A DNA stretch of 64,000 bases from NCBI GenBank assembly GCA_023459335.1, contig JAEWUO010000013.1:47048-111047 (forward strand), read 5' to 3'. Both the position numbers and the translations under genes were made by a program. Shown in pieces: positions 27,696 to 36,234 of this stretch (position 1 is the first letter of the stretch; every line of letters begins with the position of its first letter). Under the pieces are notes generated by a model, which saw only the letters and a list, made by a program, of their open reading frames with translations, was not told the DNA's origin and ran no database searches. This DNA is from Bacillota bacterium. Lineage in GTDB: Bacteria; Bacillota; Clostridia; Christensenellales; CAG-138.

Positions 27696-29924
27696 TTATT
27701 CCGCGACGACCACCCGGTCGCGGCCTTCGTTCTTCGCGCGGTAGAGCGCGCTGTCGGCGGACTTGAGCAGCCGCTCGGCGGACGACTCATCCTCCGGATA
27801 GACGGCGACGCCGATGGAGATCGTACACTTTGCCAGCGGCTTGCCGAGGTGGTACACCAGCATCTCTTTCACGCCGCAGCGAATTTCCTCCGCGCGCTCG
27901 CGCGTGTTCTCCTTCGTCGCGCCCGGGAGGACGACGAGAAACTCCTCCCCGCCGTACCGGCATACGATATCCGACCCGCGGATGGATTGATTCAGGAATG
28001 CGCCGAGTTCCCTTAACAGCGCGTCCCCCGCGTCGTGGCCTTCCAGATCGTTGAACCGCTTGAAATGATCGATGTCGAACATCATCACCCCGACGGGTTT
28101 CTGCTCGCGCGCGGCGCGGCTGAGCTCGCGTTCCAGCGTCTCCTCCATATAACGGCGGTTATACAGCCCCGTCAGCGAGTCCCGAATCGACTGCTGGCGC
28201 AGGGTCTCCTTGAGCTTCAGATTGGAGAGAGCGAGCGCGATGTGCTCCGCGACCATCGTGATGATCTGCGCCTTATGCTCGGAATATTGCGGGCTGCCGG
28301 CGGGGTTTTCCGTATCGACGTGGTTCATGTGGAGGATGCCGATGGCTTCGCCGTTGACGAGAAGCGGGATGCACATGTAATCGCCCGTTTCTGGTCCTGT
28401 GATATGGCTGCACAGAAGGCCCGGGTGCTGCGCGTCCACGAGGTGGCTTCTTCCGCGCCGGATCGCCCAACAGCCCATCGGTTCAAAAACCGGTTCGGTG
28501 TACGTTTGTTCGCCCCACGTTCCCGCCGCTTCCGCGAGGTTTCGCGACTCCTTGATCAGATAGAGCGCGCCGCCGCTGAGCGGACAGATTTTCCTGATAT
28601 ATTGCGCGCTGATGGCGCAGGCCTCCGCAACATTCAGACAGCTTTGCAGCTGCTCGCCCATTTCGTTGACCAGATTCATCTCGCTGCTGCGTGTCTGCAG
28701 CTCTTTCACGCGTGCGGCAAGTTCGTCGTTCGCCAGCCGAAGCTGTTCCGACGCGCGGCGCTGCTGCGTGATGTCGATGCCTGTCGCGATGATATGGTCG
28801 AAATTGCCGTCCTTGTCCAGCGTGGAAGCGAACGTCCAGTAGACGAGATGCCGCTCGCCGTTTTTCGCGTGGATCTCGGTTTCAAACACGCCGAGTTTGT
28901 CGTTGCGAAAGAAAGTCTCGATCCGTTCCCTTGTGAATCGCGGTTCGAAAAAGCTGGACTCCCAGAGATGCTCGCCGCGCACTTCGCCAAACGTATAACC
29001 GGAGAGCTGCTCGCAGGAGCGGTTGAAGTGCGTAATCGCGCCGGTGTGATCCAGTACGACGATCAAAATCGCGGCGATATCGAGAATCGTGCTGGAAAAA
29101 TCCCGTTCTCTTTTGAGCGCGGTTTCGGCTTGCTTCAGGTATGAAATATCGCGGATAGACGTCAGCAGGATATCGTCCTGTCCGCAGAATCGGATCAGGT
29201 CGGTATTGAGCAGTACGACGATGGGCGTTCCGATCTTGTGTTTGAAGATCGTCTCAAAATCGCGGACCTTGCCGAGCTGATTGGTCAGATCGAGCAGTTT
29301 TTTTCTGTCCTCCGGTACGAGATAGAATTCCTTAATCGAAAGAGCCTCCAGCTCGTGTTCCGTATAGCCGGTCATTTCCCGAATCGCGTTATTTGCGAGG
29401 AGCAGCTTGCCGCTCTTGCTGGTTACGGTGATACCGATCGGCGCGTTGCTGAAAAGCGCGTGGTAGTTGATGTCATGGGGTTCCGCTTCACCCGGACTTT
29501 TTTTATAATTCGTGATGTCCTGCAGCGAGGTCAGAAGAACGGTTTCGCCGTTGTAGTCGATGCTGTCGATATTTGCCAGCACGGTGCGGACGGATCCGTC
29601 GTGGTGCCGGACGTCCACCTCAAAATTGCGTACGCAGTTTGACTTGGCTAGCTGCGCGAGCAGCCGCTGTCGCGCGTCGGCATCCACGTAGAGAGCGCCG
29701 ACGTTCGTGTTGACGTAATCCTCCAGCTTAACGTCGAGCATTTCCTGGATTGTCTGATTAAAACTGATGATGTTGCCGGAAGGACTGGTCACGATCAGCC
29801 CGACCGGAGCGGAATCGGAGAGCAATGCCAGAGCGGAATCGCTCGGGTTTGCCGCAGCGCTCTTCGGCGCGGCAGACGGTTCGCCTGCCGGCGATTTTGA
29901 AACTTGTTCCATCGAAACGGTCAC
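27696..29924 (-). CDS. Cytoplasmic multi-PAS / GAF / GGDEF diguanylate cyclase
   Basis: 742 aa with three PAS-like repeats and a GAF-like segment. The GGDEF domain has the active-site RYGGEEF, and an RxxD I-site (RGSD) sits 5 residues upstream. Confidence 0.9.
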   Translation of the reverse strand: MTVSMEQVSKSPAGEPSAAPKSAAANPSDSALALLSDSAPVGLIVTSPSGNIISFNQTIQEMLDVKLEDYVNTNVGALYVDADARQRLLAQLAKSNCVRNFEVDVRHHDGSVRTVLANIDSIDYNGETVLLTSLQDITNYKKSPGEAEPHDINYHALFSNAPIGITVTSKSGKLLLANNAIREMTGYTEHELEALSIKEFYLVPEDRKKLLDLTNQLGKVRDFETIFKHKIGTPIVVLLNTDLIRFCGQDDILLTSIRDISYLKQAETALKRERDFSSTILDIAAILIVVLDHTGAITHFNRSCEQLSGYTFGEVRGEHLWESSFFEPRFTRERIETFFRNDKLGVFETEIHAKNGERHLVYWTFASTLDKDGNFDHIIATGIDITQQRRASEQLRLANDELAARVKELQTRSSEMNLVNEMGEQLQSCLNVAEACAISAQYIRKICPLSGGALYLIKESRNLAEAAGTWGEQTYTEPVFEPMGCWAIRRGRSHLVDAQHPGLLCSHITGPETGDYMCIPLLVNGEAIGILHMNHVDTENPAGSPQYSEHKAQIITMVAEHIALALSNLKLKETLRQQSIRDSLTGLYNRRYMEETLERELSRAAREQKPVGVMMFDIDHFKRFNDLEGHDAGDALLRELGAFLNQSIRGSDIVCRYGGEEFLVVLPGATKENTRERAEEIRCGVKEMLVYHLGKPLAKCTISIGVAVYPEDESSAERLLKSADSALYRAKNEGRDRVVVAE

Positions 29925-30063
29925 ACTCCCTTTGGTTAAGATGGGTGGAAACCGAAATAATTTGCAACAACGAAATATCGGTTACAATTCGGTGAGATTC
30001 AACGCGATTATTTTATCACAAAGATGTTACAATGCAAAGGAATCTTCTCAGCGGTAAACCGTT

Positions 30064-30095
30064 ACAAAAAGTCCCGCCGCAGGGACGGGACTTTC
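30064..30095 (-). terminator. Terminator after the DUF2892 gene (minus strand)
   Basis: On the minus strand, AAAGTCCCG-(9)-CGGGACTTT is followed by TTGT. Confidence 0.65.
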
Positions 30096-30123
30096 CATTT
30101 TGCCTTTAAGCAGTACAAACCGG

Positions 30124-30318
30124 TTATTTTGCCTGATATGTGCTGCAATGAAACAGCGCGTACAGCGGGCAGTACCCGACGATCCCGGTCAGCAGGGGAA
30201 TCAGGCCGACCAAGCCGATCCAGCGGATTCCGCCGGAAAGGAAGACGAGAAGACTTAACAGCGCGACGCCCAATACGATGCGTATCCAACGATCCACCGT
30301 GCCAACATTCCGTTTCAT
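30124..30318 (-). CDS. DUF2892 (YgaP-like) small membrane protein
   Basis: MKRNVGTVDRWIRIVLGVALL...GYCPLYALF is the characteristic DUF2892 pattern. Confidence 0.75.
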   Translation of the reverse strand: MKRNVGTVDRWIRIVLGVALLSLLVFLSGGIRWIGLVGLIPLLTGIVGYCPLYALFHCSTYQAK

Positions 30319-30401
30319 AAATAATTCCTTCTTTCTGTTACAATCAATGATAAGTCCGAGTTTATTCCACTGCGGGAGAAGAGTAGCTGCGTCTGCTGCG
30401 T

Positions 30402-30740
30402 TCAGCCGAGGTCGGTGAGGATATCGGCTCCTACCACCTTGACCGGGTACGATTTCGCGTCGTTTACTTTGACGCTGAGGAATCCAAGTTTTGCGTTTCC
30501 TACCGATTTTCCGGTGCGAACGTCAAACTTTGCGCCATGCCGGGGACATGCGAGCGTTTCGCCGCTTAACTCGCCGTCTGAGAGAGAACCGCCCATATGC
30601 GGGCATCGATTATCGAGCGCGTAGTACGTTCCGTCCACATTCGCCAGCATCAGAACTTTGTCAGGAAGCGTCACCCGTTTCTTTTCACCGGGTTTCAATT
30701 CTCCAACCTCGGAGACCTTTACGTATGCCATGTAAAACAC
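30402..30740 (-). CDS. Rieske [2Fe-2S] domain protein
   Basis: CPHMGGSL...CPRHGAKF gives the CxH...CxxH Rieske ligands in a 112-aa protein. Confidence 0.9.
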   Translation of the reverse strand: MFYMAYVKVSEVGELKPGEKKRVTLPDKVLMLANVDGTYYALDNRCPHMGGSLSDGELSGETLACPRHGAKFDVRTGKSVGNAKLGFLSVKVNDAKSYPVKVVGADILTDLG

Positions 30741-30856
30741 CTTCCTTTTATGATCAGTATAGCATACGTTCCTGGACGTACCGTGCGTAAATCACAATTC
30801 GATTGCATACAAGATTCGTGACGAAAGCACAGAAATATGGCTGATAAACTGTTACT

Positions 30857-30871
30857 ATTTAATCATTAAAG
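30857..30871 (+). promoter_or_regulatory. Fur-family (Fur/PerR-type) 7-1-7 box candidate upstream of ferritin
   Basis: ATTTAAT-C-ATTAAAG contains the perfect 6-1-6 palindrome TTTAAT-c-ATTAAA. It lies 8 nt upstream of a perfect TATAAT (30879-30884). It resembles TTATAAT-n-ATTATAA (PerR) and TGATAAT-n-ATTATCA (Fur). Confidence 0.45.
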
Positions 30872-30913
30872 GGAATACTATAATAGGGAAAGATAGAATA
30901 GGAGATGGAAGTT

Positions 30914-31426
30914 ATGTTTACAGAAAAAGTAAAGAAGCTGCTGAACGAACAAATTACGAAGGAGTTTTTCTCAGCGTATCTCTATCTGCACTTTGCGAAT
31001 TATTATGAAGAACAGGCGCTGAAGGGATTTGCCAACTGGTTTACCGTTCAGGCGCAGGAGGAACGCGACCACGCGCTGCTGTTTATCAAGTACATGCAGA
31101 ACAACGACATCAAGGTTACCTTTGAAGCCATCGGCAAACCGGATACGCCGCTGAATGCGCATATGGACGCTCTGAAAGAATCGTTGACGCACGAACAATT
31201 TGTCACCGCGTCGATCCATACGATCTACGAAGCCGCTTACGAAGCGAAGGATTTCCGAACGATGCAGTTTCTGGATTGGTTCGTCAGGGAACAGGCGGAG
31301 GAAGAGATGAACTCCACCGATAACATCAAGAAGATGGAACTCTTCGGCGCCGACAGCAAAGGGCTTTATATGCTCGATCAGGAGCTGGGCGCGCGGATGT
31401 ACAACCCGCCGACGCTCGTGCTGTAA
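30914..31426 (+). CDS. ftnA: Non-haem ferritin
   Basis: Ferroxidase-centre pattern EFFSAYLYLHFANYY...QAQEERDHALLF...E...QxxE. RBS AGGAGA at 30900-30905, then ATG 30914. The alternative start is ATG 30905. Confidence 0.9.
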   Translation: MFTEKVKKLLNEQITKEFFSAYLYLHFANYYEEQALKGFANWFTVQAQEERDHALLFIKYMQNNDIKVTFEAIGKPDTPLNAHMDALKESLTHEQFVTASIHTIYEAAYEAKDFRTMQFLDWFVREQAEEEMNSTDNIKKMELFGADSKGLYMLDQELGARMYNPPTLVL

Positions 31427-31447
31427 TACTGACGCATTGAACATAGA

Positions 31448-31476
31448 AAGACCGCCGGTTATCGGCGGTCTTTTCT
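31448..31476. terminator. Terminator between ferritin and the convergent gene
   Basis: AAAGACCGCCG-GTTAT-CGGCGGTCTTT followed by TCTTG. Confidence 0.7.
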
Positions 31477-31540
31477 TGTCTGATTCCATCTAGCGATCAT
31501 ATGAACCAGGGATAGCACGCGAAAGCTCCGTTTTTCGCCA

Positions 31541-32929
31541 TCACGAGCCGATATACACCTTTTCGATCAGCTCGTCCCGCTGCGTTTTTTCATTGAACCG
31601 GTAGAGGAAGAGCCAGCCGCCGGCCGAATCGACCTTGTTGGCGCGCTCGACGATGTTATGCTTGACCTGGATCGTCCGCAGAAGCACGGCGGAATCCCCG
31701 CCGATGTCGTAAACGGAGATCGTTTTCCCGCCGCCTGTTACGGCGGTTTGGCGATCCGCATACAGGAAGGAGTGATTGCGAGGGAGAGTAAGCAGCAATG
31801 TTTTTTCGCCTGAATCGGGATTGACGCGGTAGAGGGATTCCGACAGAGCGCGGTTGAGTAAATATGTATTTGGCGCATAAATTCCATTCATATAACTATT
31901 CCTGAGATTTTCAGTAAAAACAAGGAAGAAATCTCCGAAATCGAGCTGGTTATATACGCTATCCGGCAAGGCGAAGGGTACAAAATCCATTATTGATTTT
32001 GTATCGAAATCATAAATCTCCAATCCTCTTACTGAACCAAATATGATCTTTTCCTGGTCTATCCTACAAAACCAACGCGAATGTTCTATATGAGAAGAAG
32101 CAGAAAAAGCGGAATACATCCGATCGACGGGAAAAGCAACTTTATTCTGGATTGAATCAAAAGCACTGATCGAACTTCGACCAGACAACCGTTCAGTTAA
32201 TTGAGGTTTATCATATACAGTGTTACCCAGATTAACAAATAAAGAATCAAATTGAGCAAAAGACAAAAAGGCGTGATTCGCACTTGTGTTATTCAGACTA
32301 GTATTATCTTCTAAAATCTGATATTCAGAGAGAGGAATAGCCTTTCCATTTTTGAAGCAAGCAATGGATAATCCAGAGCTGCCGTTATAACCCACAATAT
32401 TGATAAAACGTAAAACAAAGATATTGTTTTGTGAAATATAGAAATCCCAAACATTTTCATCCCGCAGTTTATCGGTATATACTGCTTCAGAGAGAAAATC
32501 AAGTGGGACATCTGAACCATTCTTACGGTAGAAAAGACGGAATTGCCGGAATGGCCCGCTATCGTTTTGCTTTACTCCCGCAAACCCGGAATAGTATATG
32601 CCATCTGCTTGTATGCTGATTGCACGGATATCTTCAACCGGAACTTCCAGTTTGACATCTTCACCTGAATCATTCATGCTGTAAATTCCCTGTGTGCCAA
32701 CTTCTGACGCAAGGTAGTAGATACGACCGCCATAATATGCGGTTTTTTTCCCATCGTTGGAAGTTGCATCCGATTTTAGATTCGCTGCAAAAGTGACGCT
32801 GTCGAATTTGTTGTTTTGAGGGCTTTCGTAAACACAGCCGAACTGTGATATTAGTAAACAAATGCTAAGACAAATCATGAGAAATATGAAACGGTGTTTA
32901 TCTATATAATTCTTTTGTTCGTTGAACAT
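31541..32929 (-). CDS. Membrane/lipid-anchored beta-propeller-like protein (DUF5050-like repeats), compositionally chimeric
   Basis: RBS CAGGAGGA, then ATG 32929 (MFNEQKNYIDKHRFIFLMICLSICLLISQFGC, a signal with a possible lipobox). It has repeated GxIYY / IYSMN-type strands (GRIYYLASEVGTQGIYSMNDSG, ADGIYYSG). The 5' three-quarters is AT-rich and the 3' ~300 nt is GC-rich like the backbone. Confidence 0.6.
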   Translation of the reverse strand: MFNEQKNYIDKHRFIFLMICLSICLLISQFGCVYESPQNNKFDSVTFAANLKSDATSNDGKKTAYYGGRIYYLASEVGTQGIYSMNDSGEDVKLEVPVEDIRAISIQADGIYYSGFAGVKQNDSGPFRQFRLFYRKNGSDVPLDFLSEAVYTDKLRDENVWDFYISQNNIFVLRFINIVGYNGSSGLSIACFKNGKAIPLSEYQILEDNTSLNNTSANHAFLSFAQFDSLFVNLGNTVYDKPQLTERLSGRSSISAFDSIQNKVAFPVDRMYSAFSASSHIEHSRWFCRIDQEKIIFGSVRGLEIYDFDTKSIMDFVPFALPDSVYNQLDFGDFFLVFTENLRNSYMNGIYAPNTYLLNRALSESLYRVNPDSGEKTLLLTLPRNHSFLYADRQTAVTGGGKTISVYDIGGDSAVLLRTIQVKHNIVERANKVDSAGGWLFLYRFNEKTQRDELIEKVYIGS

Positions 32930-33141
32930 ATGTCCTCCTGTTACCATCATTCAATTTCAGTATGAGATACGCCGGAATAATCAACTCGCATGCCATCTGG
33001 CGCATCGATGCCCCAGACGATCCGGTGATTGCCTGAGCTGAAATGCATAATATATCAGGTTAATTATATCGAACAATCGTTCTAATTGCACAGGGCAAAT
33101 TGTGAAAAATAAACGGAGCGGCGGAGCTCCGTTTGAATGAA

Positions 33142-33726
33142 TCAATTCGGCGAAATGGTATAGGCCATTGATACGACATTACCTTCATCGTTGTAATCCA
33201 ATAATATTCGCCACCAATCTTCCCCGTAAAATCCTTCATCAGCTTCCGGAAAATCATACGATGAATACTCGATTTCTTGTTTTGACATTTTCGGGTCGAG
33301 GAGAAACGCGAGTCGAATAATATTTCGTTGTGAACCGACACCGATTTTCAAGCCACCAATACGAATCGTCTCATCTTTGATCTTGATTTGCAGGAATCTT
33401 AAGGATTTCTCGCCATGGGAGGACGTATCTACCAAATATAGAATGTCAAATGACGGATATGTATGCAGCACGAGTTCGCGACCTGGATTTTCCGGGTCAA
33501 GCCATTGCTGAACTGCTATCGGTTCTCCGTAAACCTTGGTAAAACTTTCGACATCAAATCGATCAACACGCAAAGCGGCGGCATAACCGGCGGTAGACAG
33601 ATATTTTGAATTACGTCCAAGGGTATTACAGTAATTCGAGATATAATTATCAACGACAAGCACAATTGCTGATACAGACAGCAAGATGCATATCAGAATC
33701 AAAATCAACTTGTTTCTTGATTTCAT
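33142..33726 (-). CDS. Small N-terminally membrane-anchored protein, unknown function (candidate partner of the upstream gene)
   Basis: RBS GAGGAG, then ATG 33726 (MKSRNKLILILICILLSVSAIVLVV). The start is 11 nt after the stop of the upstream gene. The protein is AT-rich. Track ORF 33142..34020 is over-extended into the upstream gene. Confidence 0.65.
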   Translation of the reverse strand: MKSRNKLILILICILLSVSAIVLVVDNYISNYCNTLGRNSKYLSTAGYAAALRVDRFDVESFTKVYGEPIAVQQWLDPENPGRELVLHTYPSFDILYLVDTSSHGEKSLRFLQIKIKDETIRIGGLKIGVGSQRNIIRLAFLLDPKMSKQEIEYSSYDFPEADEGFYGEDWWRILLDYNDEGNVVSMAYTISPN

Positions 33727-33736
33727 GCACGACTCC

Positions 33737-35059
33737 TCAATCATCACTGTCATATTCAAGAAGACCAGAGGCTCCAGATTCACCATAACCATCAGGAATA
33801 CTAAACCAAGAAAAAACATCGTCGTAAGATTGTTCATGTGATAGTCGAGGTTCATACGTTGTTCTAAATAAAGCGGGTGGACCGAAACCAACCGAACCAT
33901 CGAACGCAAATACTGTATCGACATTTGAAAGATCACGAAATGCGTCTGCAACATTAGTACCTTCTGATGCCAAAAATTCTTCGTGCCCGGCATTACATGA
34001 ATAGATATATAGTTCTGCAATTTCAGGCCCCGTTAATTCACTTATAGATGGGATATTGACTCCTGAGCGATTTTTACCGGTAGCACTCATAGCATTCGTT
34101 GATGAATTATTCTCAAAAATGAGTGACATTCCGTTACAATGACTAATAACCACGGCTGTCGTTGTTTTTGGATCCATATCGTTCCATTCGTCCATGAAGA
34201 TGTCGACATCATCCGTTTGAACTAATTCAACATCATACCCTTGGCTTTCTAAAACTTTTTGTTGATATAAAGCCTGCTTTTTGAACCTGGCTCCCCAAGA
34301 GTTTGTGAAAAAAACATATGCTTTTTCTCCATTAGGCGGATAAGGAACTTCTTTGATAACGGGAACTGGTGCCTGAAACGGAAAGGGTTGAACCTGTTTA
34401 TTATCAACTTCCTTATCCCAATCATATAATGTCCCATCACCGCTACCATTTTCCTCGTATTCCGTCCCTTTCTTTGGCATTGCAAACGCCGCCTCTATTC
34501 TTTCACGCAGAAGTCCGTTTTGTAAAGAGGTCAAAATTGACGCATCTTTTCGGTATGGCCCGCTTTGTTCCGAGTTCAGGTTGGCGAGCGCCTTCAGCGG
34601 AGCGGAAGCATTGAGCAGCCGCCATTGCTCCTGATCGTTCAGACCGCTGAAGAGCATCGCCTTCCGCTGCGCCCCTGTGTTCAGCTTCTCCCAATTATCG
34701 ATGGGAAAATCGTCCGGCAGTCTTGCTGCCAGCGCGGCTTCTGCGCGCTGCATCTCATTGGTCGACAGCTGTCGGCCGACATCTGCTGACGCAACGGCGG
34801 AAACGCGGTTCGCTTCCGAGCTGGCCGCATCGATGGCGGCGTCAATGCGGTTGATGGCGGCGGGCGTTGGCGGCGCGGTCTTTGCGGAAGTCTTGGCTGC
34901 GGCAGCACTGGCCTCTGCTATGGCGGCGTCGAGGCGGTTGAGAGCGGCGATGGATGGTGGAGCCACGGCGCTTCCTACGTTTGCGCCTGCCTTTCCGGAG
35001 ACCGCCGCTTGAGTGCCTGAGTAACCCGCTGCTTGGTCCTCGCGCCACAGCCGAGACAA
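33737..35059 (-). CDS. Two-part protein: GC-rich Ala-rich repeat N-terminus + AT-rich C-terminal Cys/His hydrolase-like domain; start uncertain (possible frameshift)
   Basis: The 440-codon open frame begins only with a TTG at 35059. A strong RBS+ATG at 35100 is one nucleotide out of frame (see findings). The N-terminal part has duplicated AA(L/I)NR(L/I)DAAI(A/D)(E/A)AS units. The C-terminal ~230 aa contain AVVISHCNGMSLIF and ELYIYSCNAGH. I recognise no family. Confidence 0.55.
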   Translation of the reverse strand: MSRLWREDQAAGYSGTQAAVSGKAGANVGSAVAPPSIAALNRLDAAIAEASAAAAKTSAKTAPPTPAAINRIDAAIDAASSEANRVSAVASADVGRQLSTNEMQRAEAALAARLPDDFPIDNWEKLNTGAQRKAMLFSGLNDQEQWRLLNASAPLKALANLNSEQSGPYRKDASILTSLQNGLLRERIEAAFAMPKKGTEYEENGSGDGTLYDWDKEVDNKQVQPFPFQAPVPVIKEVPYPPNGEKAYVFFTNSWGARFKKQALYQQKVLESQGYDVELVQTDDVDIFMDEWNDMDPKTTTAVVISHCNGMSLIFENNSSTNAMSATGKNRSGVNIPSISELTGPEIAELYIYSCNAGHEEFLASEGTNVADAFRDLSNVDTVFAFDGSVGFGPPALFRTTYEPRLSHEQSYDDVFSWFSIPDGYGESGASGLLEYDSDD

Positions 35060-35301
35060 CGTTGATTGCTTTGGAGTCGGTTTCTAAAAATATTCGGCAT
35101 AGATACCCTCCCGGTATTTTATGCTCTGAATATATCAGGAGGGAAGAGGGAAAAATGATCGGAATTACGCGGTATAAAATTATAAGAATAAAAAAGCGAT
35201 TCCTGACTGCGAAACCATTCGAATACTCTTTCGAACTTAGTTCTGCCTGCATACAAAATAATAAGAAGAAACAGGAAAACGTTGCGTCGAAATCTATCTG
35301 T

Positions 35302-36234
35302 TTACTTTCTACCGTAAAACAACAGATAGGCGTCCACAAGATCGAGCCGCAGACTATGCCCGCCTTCGTGCGGGTGAAACTCCGCATTTATGCCGCGCGC
35401 GAGCAATGCGTCATATAACGAAGAGGCGCCTTCGGAGAACGGGTCGCTTGCGTCGCCGCAGTCTAGATAAACGCGGATTTGATCGTATCCGTGATCCGCG
35501 GCATAGCCGGAAAGCTCCTTTGCGTCGGCGGGATTTGTCGAAAGCCAGCGCTCGAACGCATCCCCCGAAAAATCATGACAGGTCAGCGCGGGGCTGCAGG
35601 CGCCGATCCTGCCGAACAGGTCGGGGCGGTGCAGGCCAATCTGCAGCGCGAAGAGCCCGCCCATCGAGAACCCGCCGATATATCGCCATTCCGGCGCGGC
35701 GAGCGTACTGTAATGCGCGTCGATAAAGGGAATCAGTTCTTCACAGAGGAAATGCTCCATTCGGCTCGGCCCGCGCACGCCGTCCGCCATATCCGCCTCG
35801 ATGGTCTTCGCGTCGTCGTATCGCGTATAGGGAAACACCATGATCATGGGGGCCAGCTCGCCGCTCATGATGAGTGCGTCCGCCCGGTCGCCCGCCCGCG
35901 CCTCTTCGACCCACATTTTTTCGCTTGAACTGTAGCCGTGCATCGCATACCAAATCGGATAACGCGCATCTGAGGAATACCCTTCCGGCAGATATACCAG
36001 AAAAGGTACGGCGGCGCCCATTTCGGCGCTGTTCATTTTTAAAGAAAAGAGCTGAGATTGCGGAATCGGCGCAGCGGACGGCGAAGGGGAAGGAGCCGGG
36101 GAAACGGAAACAGGCGCCGGCGCGTAAACAAAAACAAGCAGCGAGACGCATACGGCAAACAGGCAGATTTTTTCTGCGCGGTTACGCGTTGCGGATGATC
36201 TGCGTTTCGCTCTTGATTCTGCGTTTTTCCTCAT
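35302..36234 (-). CDS. Secreted putative esterase (esterase D / enterochelin-esterase-like alpha/beta hydrolase)
   Basis: Signal-anchor-like N-terminus, a Pro/Ser linker, a GGFSMGG nucleophile elbow and a C-terminal HPHEGGH. ATG 36234 overlaps the upstream gene's end by 53 nt, so the true start may be an internal non-ATG codon. Confidence 0.75.
   Translation of the reverse strand: MRKNAESRAKRRSSATRNRAEKICLFAVCVSLLVFVYAPAPVSVSPAPSPSPSAAPIPQSQLFSLKMNSAEMGAAVPFLVYLPEGYSSDARYPIWYAMHGYSSSEKMWVEEARAGDRADALIMSGELAPMIMVFPYTRYDDAKTIEADMADGVRGPSRMEHFLCEELIPFIDAHYSTLAAPEWRYIGGFSMGGLFALQIGLHRPDLFGRIGACSPALTCHDFSGDAFERWLSTNPADAKELSGYAADHGYDQIRVYLDCGDASDPFSEGASSLYDALLARGINAEFHPHEGGHSLRLDLVDAYLLFYGRK

Noticed and set aside
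28035-29144. 369-aa + strand ORF inside the PAS-GAF-GGDEF gene.
   Set aside because: It is antisense to a gene with clear PAS and GGDEF signatures. No motifs were seen, and the product is Arg/Asp/Leu-rich.
33727-34020. N-terminal extension of track ORF 33142..34020 (292 aa).
   Set aside because: The extension overlaps the 3' end of the upstream ORF by ~290 nt in another frame and is not protein-like. An internal ATG at 33726 has a GAGGAG RBS and starts a clean TM helix.
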